Positions 9,548 through 19,800 of a stretch of 64,000 bases of DNA are shown in pieces (the first letter of the stretch is position 1; the number at the start of each line of letters is the position of its first letter). The stretch is from a virus. The stretch is from positions 1 to 64,000 of IMG/VR virus record IMGVR_UViG_3300012936_000003; one strand, 5' to 3'. Both the position numbers and the translations under genes were made by a program. Under the pieces are notes generated by a model. The model saw nothing but the letters and a program-made list of their open reading frames with translations. It did not search any database and was not told the DNA's origin.

Positions 9548-12151
9548 CTATTCTGGTTGAATTTTCAAATGTCGGTGCTCAAACACTATGTTAATGTCAA
9601 TTTTCTTGCCCGTACTCCGTGAGGTCAACCTTACTTTAAACTTCTTCCCCCACAAAGTTTCGTCCTCTACGCCCAAATAGAACGTGTCCTCGTTCCAAAG
9701 ATTTGCCACACTCCCCACGTTTGTCAAACCACTTTTTTCCTCGTTAAGTATACCCTGTGCATAGGTGGGAACAATCTGCATCATTCTCTTGAGTTGCTTA
9801 GTGGCATCTTTTGGTGTTCTGGCTGCGAAATCAACCACCTTGATAACTGGATATACAGAACCGTGATCATCCACTAGCTCTACCTCATAAATAGGTGATG
9901 GATATGAAATATGCCCATGATTATCTACGCTTCTGAATGTATACCAGTATTTCTTGTTCGGCTCAATGTCATCAACGTAAGACGCTGAGGTTGCAGATGC
10001 TTGAGTCTCGGGGTTTATATCAGAGTAGACAGACTTAACTTTCTTGCCGTCAAAGTCCTGATAACTGTATGGGTGTGCACTACACCTAAAGACTTGAAAT
10101 TCTGTCGCATGGTCGTCTGACTCATAGCGAATCGGATCAGTTGGTAAGCGATCTTGAGCTTGTCGGATGGTTTCGTTAACACGGTTTTCAGACTTAGAAA
10201 TAATCTGCGGCATCAAATCATAGCGCCCGACATTTCCAGAAAAATTTAATTTAATCTTATCAGAGACTCCACGGAAAGGAATAATCTCTACGTCGGGCAT
10301 AACCGGTGGACTGTCAAGCAATCTATTCTGATACGAGAAATAAGGAACCTCAATAATCTTCAAGGACGGTTCGGTGATTACCGTGCAGCCCGCTTCAGTT
10401 CCCTCTTGCCAAGCACTCTTGTATGCATACTTGCTCCCAAAAACCAATTCATAGGCATAAATCGTATAAGTATAATTTCTTCCATACTTCACCTGCGTGT
10501 CTACGAAGCGGTGAACATCTATTTCATTTGAGTTTGGTAGCCAAAAGTTTTGAAGAACTTCTGTGCCAATCTTTTTTTCAATTCTATACATTACGGTCTC
10601 GGTTGCTGCCAACTTGCCGTTCATGATTTCTTTATAGCTTCTAGTTCTTAGGCGCACAAGATCTCTGACCTTTGAAGAAAACACAACAGACATAAGGCTC
10701 TTGTAAAGGTCATATTTGGGATCGTTACTAACCTCTAGTTCCGGGTCTTGCTTTCCTAGAAAAACTGAACCGGGCTGATCAAATATCGTTCCCTGAATCT
10801 CGCCCGATTTAAATTGTTCATACCATGGTCCGACATCAAAAAATCTTCTGCTGGATTCTGTCAATTCTGACTGTGTAATAACCTCGTTTGCTCCGAGTGG
10901 TTTGCTGGCAACTTGAACTGCGGTGACTGTCTCCTCTACAAACGATCTCGTCGGTAAATTATTTGATAGAGATGATATACCGCTCATCAAAGAAGCACCC
11001 ATACCAGAGTCTTTCAGCGCAGAAGCGAACTCCGTAGTTATATCTGTAGAAAACTCAATATCAACGAACATTGGAAAAAGCTCTTTTCTAGAGTTAAAGT
11101 CTTTAAGGAGGTCTACGTTGTTGTGGGAAACAAACATGTTGTGAAACTTTGAGCCCAATGAAGACATTTGAGAATCTGAAAGAGCACCCGTAACCTGCCT
11201 CCCGTACATATCAAAGTATTGGACATTCATGTTCTTCTTGTCCGACAGATCCCACTTTGTTCTTTCAGAAGGGGGTCTCAACATTTCATTCTTTGCTTCT
11301 AGTCTCAAATTTCCAAATAAGGTGATGTGTTTTTCAAACCATTCATTCTTTTCTTCTTCGGGCTCTTTCGTCATCTCTGTGAGCATAACATACATACTGG
11401 GCAATACAGCTTCTGGCATTGTGTTGTTTGGGTCTGCCGTTGCTGACTCGTACTCTGGCACGTAAAAGTTGTAAGTTGGCTTAACGCTCGCATACATCGT
11501 ATTCGTAGATGACGTGAAACTTTCAATATCTCTTAGTGAATACGGAGATGACAAGCTGAAGGTATAGTCTTCAAAATATAAATCTTTTTTCAGTGCAGCA
11601 GGAACGTTTGTACCATTCAGAGTTCCACCAAACAACAGTGTCTGAAATGCTCCAATTGGATCTGTGTTTTCGTAAGCCGGTGAGCTTCCATGTGGAGTGA
11701 TCCTAATCGTCTCCTCAAAAAGAGGAGCCAACTCAGTGCTTGGTGACATACCAATCTTGTCCATAGCGGAAAGCGGCACTTCGCTCGCCTCCACGCCCAT
11801 AGGCTCAAACTCAATATCAAACGGCGCTTCTTCTGAAGTATTTTTGTTCACATATTTAATGTGCTCTCCGGTTCTCGCCCAATAACAGCCCGCACCAAAT
11901 CTCAAAGTGTCTGCAACGGTTGTCGCTGGGAGCATACCGTTGTCAAAGACATATTTGTTTAAATCGGTGCCGTTTGTCTGAATGTCCACAACCGAAGAAT
12001 TAAACATCTTTCTAGTTTTTCCGGCGGCGTTAAGAACCATCTCCGTAGATTTTTCTGTCTTCTTGCCAGACACTCTGTGGTGTCTAATCGGTGTCTTTGC
12101 AGAATTTTTTAATTTCTCATTAGCCTGAGATGGGGTTATTCTTTTTGACAT
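9548..12151 (-). CDS. Virion structural protein, 867 aa, with FN3/Ig-like beta segments at the C-terminus
   Basis: Start moved to MSKRIT (ATG 12151), right after the upstream stop. FVDTQVKYGRNYTYTIYAY and YVDDIEPNKKYWYTFRSVD are FN3-like strands. Confidence 0.6.
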   Translation of the reverse strand: MSKRITPSQANEKLKNSAKTPIRHHRVSGKKTEKSTEMVLNAAGKTRKMFNSSVVDIQTNGTDLNKYVFDNGMLPATTVADTLRFGAGCYWARTGEHIKYVNKNTSEEAPFDIEFEPMGVEASEVPLSAMDKIGMSPSTELAPLFEETIRITPHGSSPAYENTDPIGAFQTLLFGGTLNGTNVPAALKKDLYFEDYTFSLSSPYSLRDIESFTSSTNTMYASVKPTYNFYVPEYESATADPNNTMPEAVLPSMYVMLTEMTKEPEEEKNEWFEKHITLFGNLRLEAKNEMLRPPSERTKWDLSDKKNMNVQYFDMYGRQVTGALSDSQMSSLGSKFHNMFVSHNNVDLLKDFNSRKELFPMFVDIEFSTDITTEFASALKDSGMGASLMSGISSLSNNLPTRSFVEETVTAVQVASKPLGANEVITQSELTESSRRFFDVGPWYEQFKSGEIQGTIFDQPGSVFLGKQDPELEVSNDPKYDLYKSLMSVVFSSKVRDLVRLRTRSYKEIMNGKLAATETVMYRIEKKIGTEVLQNFWLPNSNEIDVHRFVDTQVKYGRNYTYTIYAYELVFGSKYAYKSAWQEGTEAGCTVITEPSLKIIEVPYFSYQNRLLDSPPVMPDVEIIPFRGVSDKIKLNFSGNVGRYDLMPQIISKSENRVNETIRQAQDRLPTDPIRYESDDHATEFQVFRCSAHPYSYQDFDGKKVKSVYSDINPETQASATSASYVDDIEPNKKYWYTFRSVDNHGHISYPSPIYEVELVDDHGSVYPVIKVVDFAARTPKDATKQLKRMMQIVPTYAQGILNEEKSGLTNVGSVANLWNEDTFYLGVEDETLWGKKFKVRLTSRSTGKKIDINIVFEHRHLKIQPE

Positions 12152-12152
12152 T

Positions 12153-15100
12153 TTATAATCCTGCCTCGGTCGCCACTTGTTCGCCACAAGGATGTGATGC
12201 GCTAGTTGGAGAATCTGTTCCAACAACATTGGTGGTGGTAGCGCCAGAATAAGCGCCATCGTCGGCAGACGAAGTAATCTTAGAAACAATCAGTCCCGAA
12301 ATAATACTGTCGCTGTCAAAAATATCCACAATCTCAACCTGACCTTGCTGTCTTTGACCCCGTGCTGTAATTTTGCTCGGCTTCAAGATAAAGTGTTCAT
12401 CATAAATAGGAATATTTAGTGATTTTGGTCTAAAAATTCCAAATAGCTTACACTCGTAAGGGACCATCCGACAAATTAATTCCTGACCTTCTGTGGAGTC
12501 CCAGTAGTCTTTCGTCAAAACCTGCCACACACCTTTTTTAATTGTCTTATCATACTTGACAAGAACTTCCACTTTGTTAATCATGTTATACATGAAATTA
12601 TACTGTGATGATGTTCTGGGATCTTTCACAACATCATAATCGTACTGATGCCAATTTTCCTGAACGACCGCTGGGTTTTGTGATGCAACCATTAAACTCT
12701 TTACTTGGTTGGGGCAGTTCTGGATTACCTGAGAAACACTCGTTGGTGCCGTACCGTGTTGGCGTGCGACTTCTGACAAATAGCTTTCATCTTTTTGTAG
12801 ATGATTTGTGATATTCTCTTTTTGTTGAATATTAAACTGCTTTATCGTACCGATCTCCATTGTAGAAGTAGCCGCTGAGTTCTTTGCTCCGGTTGATACC
12901 GTACTAATGGTAGTAGACCCAAACGGGTGGCTGGTAGATCCGTCAAACCACCTGTTAGCCGCTCGGAGGTCTGTTTGGAGCCCTGCAAAAAAAGAGTTTG
13001 CATTAATGTTTTCGTGCGCCTTGGCATAAAAGTTTTCGTCAACATCGGAAACTACCGGATCTATTCTGTTGTCGTTAGGGACACCCTCAACGTTGCAAAA
13101 ACTAATATCTATAGCTCGCAATCTGCGAACTGACGAAACGCCCTCTGTCAGTGGTTTAGCAATCTGTGTCAACGATGGCAAAATAGTCATGTTCAACTTT
13201 GCTGCCTGCATCATCATGTTTGCTTGATAAAGCTGAGCTTCTGGTGGTAGTGAAGATTGTGCCTGAATCTGTGGAGCAACAGTTGGTGCGCCAAAATTTC
13301 TTGACGATACAATGCTTGCTTCAATCGCAGTGTACTGATCTGCTGTTACCATCTCTGATGTACCACCCGTGCCCATGTATACGGTGGATGCACCCAAGTA
13401 GGCAACACCCGGAGATAAATACCCATAACCAGTCTTCATCATGTTATCGTCATTAGTAATTCCAGAAATGTCTACAGAAACATCTTCACTTGTGAAGTAT
13501 TTTAAAAACTCGTCAATCGTTCTCTGCCCATACTCGTTGCCCGTCATGACACGCATCGTGTTGAACCGCTGAGAACCGTAGTTGTGGTTTGACAGATAAT
13601 CAAGCCCATAATTTTTGAAAAAATTAGAGTCAAAATTACTGTCCGTAAACCAGTGTTCAATCTTAGTTGTTCTTGTCGGAAACTTTGAGGTAGACGAACT
13701 ACCACCATCAGGTAATTTCTGGAGTCTTGATTCTCCTTCGCCGAGTGGTACGTCTGAACCTGCTATGAGTGATGTTCTGGAGATTAATTTGTCCATCATC
13801 TTAATCACTGCCATCACACCCTTCGGACTTCCAGAGAACGGATCTGCATACTTAATCACAGACATTAAAGTTTCTAAAGCCTTTTCTTGATTGTCTTTGG
13901 CAAACCCAGTAAACAAATTTAATATCGTAAAGTAGCCGATAATAGGCGAAACCCACGGAGCAGAACCAAGATTATTCTCATATCTTTCATACTGCTCCAA
14001 GATAAACTTGTTAGTAAACCGACCGGTGGTTGGAGAAAAATTTGCAGGCGTGCTTCTATTAAGCGCCGCCCTTTCCCACCTTGAGTCGTCAATGTGTGGG
14101 TCTTGCAACTCCACAATATATTTAGACATACCGATCTTCTCAGCCTCTAAATAATAATCATGCATCTTCTTTCTGTGATGCCGCAACATACGAATTAGTG
14201 AAAACAAGTATTTTTGCGAAGAATCTTCTACGGTCATCTCAACGCCATACTGATAGATTCCATCAGTTGCGCTGGCTATATCTTTATCTACCGCTGCAAA
14301 GAAACGAACAGGTGTATCTGACATATCAACGGAGTAAAACGCTTCTCTCAACTCTCCAACGACATTCTTCTTCTCCCTAAACACACCAAACGAAGCCTCA
14401 CCTGACGATGCAACCGTGTGTGCTGCTGCGTTCTTATCAAACAATACCTCGCCTTGCTCCATGTTGCCCAACGAATTCATTGTTTTAACATTTTTAATTC
14501 TACGTCGCTTGACCCTCATGCTACGAATCTTGCATGAAGCAGCTAACTCAGCCTGCTGTTGTTTGTTAGCCGTTTCAAACAAACTCTCAAACACAGAGTT
14601 CTCTCTGAGCATCTTTAAGTAATCTACAGCAAAGGTCATTCTTGCATTTCCTTTGCGATCCTTCGCCAGATACAGTTCTGAAAAATAAACATTCCTTGGC
14701 GGTCGTGTATTCTTTCTGCGACGAAGCATGGATAGTTCGTTCGCTGTACCAGAAAAAAGTCGGTTCTGCATTGTAGACAAATCTACAGATAATCTGTCCA
14801 GTTTGTCAATGTTCCTAAAGTCTTGAACCTTATTGTTTGTAACTTTGTTCAGAGACAGTGGTAAAGAGTATTGATCGGAATATTCACCGGTAGCCCATGT
14901 TCCATTGCCCGTATCATGTACTGGTCCTGTCCATGTCACGCCGTCCGACTTTGTAAACAAAAACGCCTCGTTTACAACCTTGCCTCTGTCAACAATCACC
15001 TCGGAAACAATCTTCCCATTCTGTGCTTTAAGGGTTGTCTCGTCTACCGTCAATCCATAATCTTCAATAAGTAAATCCATGTCCAAATGGGTCATGGCAA

Positions 15101-15695
15101 AGACCGACAGGTGGCTAGGTTCTGAACCTCTAATGTCAAACACTGCTCGGAAGTTAACGTCATGAACAACATTGCCGTCGTCGTCTACAAAAGAAGTGTG
15201 TTGTGTAGAATCTAACTGATCGGATATTGCATCAGAATAAATATTAAAAGTTTTTACCGAGCATCTTTTTTGCAACGCTTCAGAAATATCTTCACCGGGG
15301 TACGTGGCTTTCAAGACCTTAGCTGCTGCGCTGGGTTCTCCCTGATCGTATGCACGGTTTAGAATACTAATGCCATCATTGGAGCTTGATAATGCTGCCG
15401 TAATTTCTTTGTGTGTTGTTGCAACAATCGTCAGCTTGACGTATCTCGCAAACTTACTACCGAACCATTTACTAATCGGAGTGTCAGAAATTAATTCTTT
15501 TATTGACGTATCCACAGTCAACCTCAAGGTTCCGGGATCAATTACACGGTTGCGTTCGCCCGACTCCCACTCGTGCTCTATATGCGGGTCGGACAATTCG
15601 GGTGGTTTCCCGCCTGTCTCCAAAGTAATAACATCCACCATAACGTTGGGGATTATTGCTCCTAATAAGCCTCTTTGATCTTTAGGTGCTGGCAT
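12153..15695 (-). CDS. Large putative virion protein, 1180 aa
   Basis: Long ORF translationally coupled (TAATG overlap) inside the tail block; no catalytic motif recognised. Confidence 0.6.
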   Translation of the reverse strand: MPAPKDQRGLLGAIIPNVMVDVITLETGGKPPELSDPHIEHEWESGERNRVIDPGTLRLTVDTSIKELISDTPISKWFGSKFARYVKLTIVATTHKEITAALSSSNDGISILNRAYDQGEPSAAAKVLKATYPGEDISEALQKRCSVKTFNIYSDAISDQLDSTQHTSFVDDDGNVVHDVNFRAVFDIRGSEPSHLSVFAMTHLDMDLLIEDYGLTVDETTLKAQNGKIVSEVIVDRGKVVNEAFLFTKSDGVTWTGPVHDTGNGTWATGEYSDQYSLPLSLNKVTNNKVQDFRNIDKLDRLSVDLSTMQNRLFSGTANELSMLRRRKNTRPPRNVYFSELYLAKDRKGNARMTFAVDYLKMLRENSVFESLFETANKQQQAELAASCKIRSMRVKRRRIKNVKTMNSLGNMEQGEVLFDKNAAAHTVASSGEASFGVFREKKNVVGELREAFYSVDMSDTPVRFFAAVDKDIASATDGIYQYGVEMTVEDSSQKYLFSLIRMLRHHRKKMHDYYLEAEKIGMSKYIVELQDPHIDDSRWERAALNRSTPANFSPTTGRFTNKFILEQYERYENNLGSAPWVSPIIGYFTILNLFTGFAKDNQEKALETLMSVIKYADPFSGSPKGVMAVIKMMDKLISRTSLIAGSDVPLGEGESRLQKLPDGGSSSTSKFPTRTTKIEHWFTDSNFDSNFFKNYGLDYLSNHNYGSQRFNTMRVMTGNEYGQRTIDEFLKYFTSEDVSVDISGITNDDNMMKTGYGYLSPGVAYLGASTVYMGTGGTSEMVTADQYTAIEASIVSSRNFGAPTVAPQIQAQSSLPPEAQLYQANMMMQAAKLNMTILPSLTQIAKPLTEGVSSVRRLRAIDISFCNVEGVPNDNRIDPVVSDVDENFYAKAHENINANSFFAGLQTDLRAANRWFDGSTSHPFGSTTISTVSTGAKNSAATSTMEIGTIKQFNIQQKENITNHLQKDESYLSEVARQHGTAPTSVSQVIQNCPNQVKSLMVASQNPAVVQENWHQYDYDVVKDPRTSSQYNFMYNMINKVEVLVKYDKTIKKGVWQVLTKDYWDSTEGQELICRMVPYECKLFGIFRPKSLNIPIYDEHFILKPSKITARGQRQQGQVEIVDIFDSDSIISGLIVSKITSSADDGAYSGATTTNVVGTDSPTSASHPCGEQVATEAGL

Positions 15696-16849
15696 TAGTC
15701 TTTACACTCCCCATCGTCTTCTTCATAACTAACAATTGTCCCGCCATAGTTGCCGCCCGACGTAAGCCCTCTTGAGCCATAAATAATTTGTTCTGATGAC
15801 GGTCCTTCTTCTGGTCTTCTTCTCCTACTTCCACGGGAGCTTCCACGGGAGCTTCCACGGGAGCTTGTAACGTAAACATTTTCCGCTGGCTCTGTCTCAA
15901 CGATTTCAAGAACTCTTTCATCAATCTCATCATCAACCCAAATGTTAAACCAGTATTCAACATAACTAGCATCAATTTCAGGATTCTCGTCTGCTGGACC
16001 TCCCTCCGGGGTGTCTAAAAGAAACCCGTCCTTCATAAATTTCTTTTGCTCAATAAATGAAAGGGGATATAATTTTTCTCTAGTCTCCACACTGTCTTTC
16101 ATGGAAGGTGGCACGATGTTGTTTTGAAAGTCAACATCCTCAACGAGAAAAACTTCTATGTCAAAGTTTTCATTTAAAAAGTCAGAGTTCATCTCTCTAA
16201 CATCTATGAGTGCGTAATCCTCCTGAACAGATAAATAAGATCCGTCTTCGTATTGTTCTAGTGTAACTGACAAGTCACCTTCCGAACCCGGTCCATAAAT
16301 GTCACCCTGTTGTGGCAACCCTGTGAAACTGTTATCAGGTGGAAGATCAAACCACACACGTGTCTTGTAAGTAATAGGCTTCAGTTTTAGCTGTGGAATT
16401 TGCATAGTCGGTTGTGCCCCTGACAAATGGTCAACTCTCTCAGCAGCCTCTCCTTTTAGAAAATTTATTTTCCAAGAAGGAGCCTTGCTTATTCCAAGCG
16501 ATGAGTTGCCCAAAGGCGATGATAGCGAATAGTGTTTATCTGCCGTTGGTTGAATTATTCTGTCTTGCAGATCTACTTTACCAGAAACCAAGGCTGCTGT
16601 CAACCTTTTTACTTCTTTTTCTCGGCTGCTAAAAACATATTGTGTTTTAAGACGAACGGATTCTTCTTCAATTCTGTTTTGAGTTTCAATACCCATCTCG
16701 GAAATATCTCCGTATTCAGCGTCATAAAGAATATCATCGTCAAAAAATGCGTACATTTCAGGAGAGAACTTTCCTCTTGACAAAAGATGTTTTCCATATT
16801 GTGTTAACTGAATCTCAATAACTTCTTCTTTATTGTCAAAAAAACTCAT
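15695..16849 (-). CDS. Virion structural protein; N-terminus paralogous to 8522-9475
   Basis: MSFFDNKEEVIEIQLTQYGKHLLSRGKFSPEMYAFFDDDILYD aligns by eye with the 8522-9475 N-terminus. Confidence 0.6.
   Translation of the reverse strand: MSFFDNKEEVIEIQLTQYGKHLLSRGKFSPEMYAFFDDDILYDAEYGDISEMGIETQNRIEEESVRLKTQYVFSSREKEVKRLTAALVSGKVDLQDRIIQPTADKHYSLSSPLGNSSLGISKAPSWKINFLKGEAAERVDHLSGAQPTMQIPQLKLKPITYKTRVWFDLPPDNSFTGLPQQGDIYGPGSEGDLSVTLEQYEDGSYLSVQEDYALIDVREMNSDFLNENFDIEVFLVEDVDFQNNIVPPSMKDSVETREKLYPLSFIEQKKFMKDGFLLDTPEGGPADENPEIDASYVEYWFNIWVDDEIDERVLEIVETEPAENVYVTSSRGSSRGSSRGSRRRRPEEGPSSEQIIYGSRGLTSGGNYGGTIVSYEEDDGECKD
15828..15866. repeat. 12-bp tandem repeat CTTCCACGGGAG x3 (encodes SSRG x3)
   Basis: Three perfect copies plus CTT, in frame, near the end of the 15695-16849 gene. 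Confidence 0.95.
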
Positions 16850-19800
16850 TATTCATCTCCCTCCCAATTTGTTAAACCAACTGCCTGTATATTTCTTGTT
16901 ACCGCAGCCTGCGAGTGAGCGTCAGAAATAATCTTTTGTTTCTCAACTTCGCTTAGAATCGGATCTAGTCTCAAATTATCAGCAGACAACTTTGGAGTAA
17001 CACTGATTCCACCCTTAACCCTGCACAGTTCTACTAGACTACAGAAGTCATACGGCCAGTTGTAACTATAATCTGGCTTGAGATCTGTTCCAAATGTGAA
17101 ATCAAACTTAAACCTGTCATCATCCACAGAGTCCGCAGTCATCTCCCAGTAGTTCGTCTTCGCTTTCTTCTTCGCTCTAAACACGATCCATCGGACGTTT
17201 TCTGGAACTTTCTTGCCTTCAAAGAAGTTAACCTCGTTAAGTTCATGTTGGATAATCTCTGTGTCTTGTTCTGCAACCTTTGCTCTCTGTGGCATTAAAC
17301 CTTGCCAAATGTTAGACAGATCATCAGAATTCAACTCGTCACTAAATTCAAAAACATACGTTACAAATGGAGATATTTGGCGATATTTTAAGAAATCGTA
17401 TTGAGGAGGCATGTTGTATTTTTGCAGCTTCTTAATCATTTCTGAAACCGATGTTTCTGGAATGTCTGCTGCTACATTGTATGTCTTACCCTGCACAATT
17501 GCAGGCTCACCGGCTGCGACGTTAGCAAACGTCTCTGCGAAAAGCTGTTCGCTAATCTTGAAAAAGTTTCTTCCACCAACCTGAGTCGTAGACGCAACAT
17601 CGTCTGCGATGATTGGGTTATCCACGAAAGGAATCATGATTACTGCTTCAGAGATTTCCTTGCTCGCTGCCACTTCACCAATTCTAGATTTAGTTGCAGT
17701 GAAACCACACACGTCAATCAATGAACCGACCGTTTGAATACAATCAATAATCTTTCTAGTGCTAGAAATTCTGTAAAAATCTCTGTTTTCCTGAAGTTCT
17801 GGTTCAAACCGATCTCTCGTCCAATCAAGCGCAGAGGTCTCTGTCAGATAACGAATACCCAATCTTCCATTAGGGTTCTTAATTGAATCCTGATTAACAC
17901 TCAGGCTAACCTTTGGTGTCTCATTGACCTTCTTCGCACCGGTCGGAGCACGAGAATAGTCATATTCAATCTGTACAATAGCCTGTAAAACTGTTTGTAG
18001 TTTATTATATTCAGGATATTTTTTAAGTTGTTCTTCACCCGCCTTCTTCGCACTACCTCTCACTTTTCCGTTTTGGTAGTCGTTCGGGTGTACCCACACA
18101 ACAGATGCTTTCCATGGGAAAGACTTAGGGAATCTCTTATAGAGATAGTTGATGTGGTATTCAATCGCATTGGCAACGTCAGACGCAAGCGGTACAGTTG
18201 CGCCGCTTTCATTCCAAACGGAAAACATATCCGTCTGCCACTTCTCTGCCTCAAGATACGCCTCAATATCATATTGACCAGACATTTTTGAAGGCTGGTT
18301 TCCTCCCAGCTTCTCACTTGGAGAAGTCAAAGATGTTCTAATTTTCGCCGCTGAAGAAAAAGGAGTTCTCCGTTCTTCCAGTTCTGAATCCAAGAATCCG
18401 AGATCAAGGTAGGCGCTAACATCCTTGTCAATAGCTTCTTGACCCCATGGAGAAATTTGTTCAGCATTGGTCGGCTGACCAATCGTGACTGCCTCAATTC
18501 CACCGAAAGGATCCTCTAGTGTAATTACATTTTCGTGCATAAGCCTCACGTCGTTTTGAATACCCAAGGCAACTGCAAAAATTTCTTCATTTGTAATCTT
18601 ACAAGTCAAGGGTTGATTCGGCTTCTCGTGTCGCTTGAAAGATTCTTCCAAGGAGATAAAGATACCTTCTTGATTTGATGGAATGGTTCCATAGCCACCC
18701 CAAATACCTGTTCCACACGGTTGGTCTGAGTCTGCAATATAATTAAGGTTGCTCTCAGACTTGAAGTTGAATGTTGGACACTCAAATCTTGGAGAGATTA
18801 CCCACACACCCGTACCTCCTGCCACATCGTCCTCCACTCGTTGGGGAGCCAGTCGGGCAACACCGTCTGGGCTGTAATCATAGGCTGTGTTGATTGCTGC
18901 GAAAGAAGTCTTTTTCTCGTTTGCCTTACCGTCAAACTTAATACAAGCCTCCATCGGCATTCTTGCCTCATAAGCTGGTACTTTCTTCCAAGCATAGTCT
19001 TGAATAGTTCTTAGTAGTTCACCTCCGGAGACCTGTTCAGAAGAAGATCTGGACGAGAATAAGCTATCCATTTCCTCGTTAATATAATCAATCTCAAGGT
19101 TATTGAGAATTTCTTCCAAGGTTGGCTGTCCATCTCTTTGTGCCACAAACTTCAATCTAGCCTTAGCTCGTCCGTAAAAATACGGAGGAACGTATGCTGC
19201 CTGTGCTGGGTCTGCTGATGGCATGAAAGACACCTCTTTGTCGTTCATTTCAGCATCTGTAAGATACTGCATCGGTGGACCAAAATATCTACCGTGAGTG
19301 GTAAATTCGTTACCAGAAGAATCAGCACGACCAATTCTCAATCGTTCACCGTCATGCGGGCTGTAGACCATATCAAAATTATTAGTTTTATACAGATGAA
19401 CATCCATGTAATAAGTCCATCCCGCCTTGACTGTTTTAAATTTATTTTCAGGAGACGATGCGAACGTTGTGAACTTACCACCTCTCAAGAAGAAGTTCGG
19501 AACCTCTGCCAAGAAGTTGTTCATAGCCATCTCGTATAGCGGGTTCTGGTTACCTGTCCACTCAAAATATGGATATTCCGGCTGAACATCGGCTTCTTCT
19601 ACATTGTTGTAATACGACGGAGCAAGAAAAAATATTTTTGATTGTTCTGCACTGTTTGTCTGTGGGATGTAAGAACCCAAAGACACTAGAGCCTCAAATG
19701 GAATTCTAAAACTAGGAGTCTTCGTCAACATCCTCGTACTGGTTGAAATATAACTTCTGGTCTTCACCTCTCTAGTGTACGTCAAGTTATTGATTACTCT

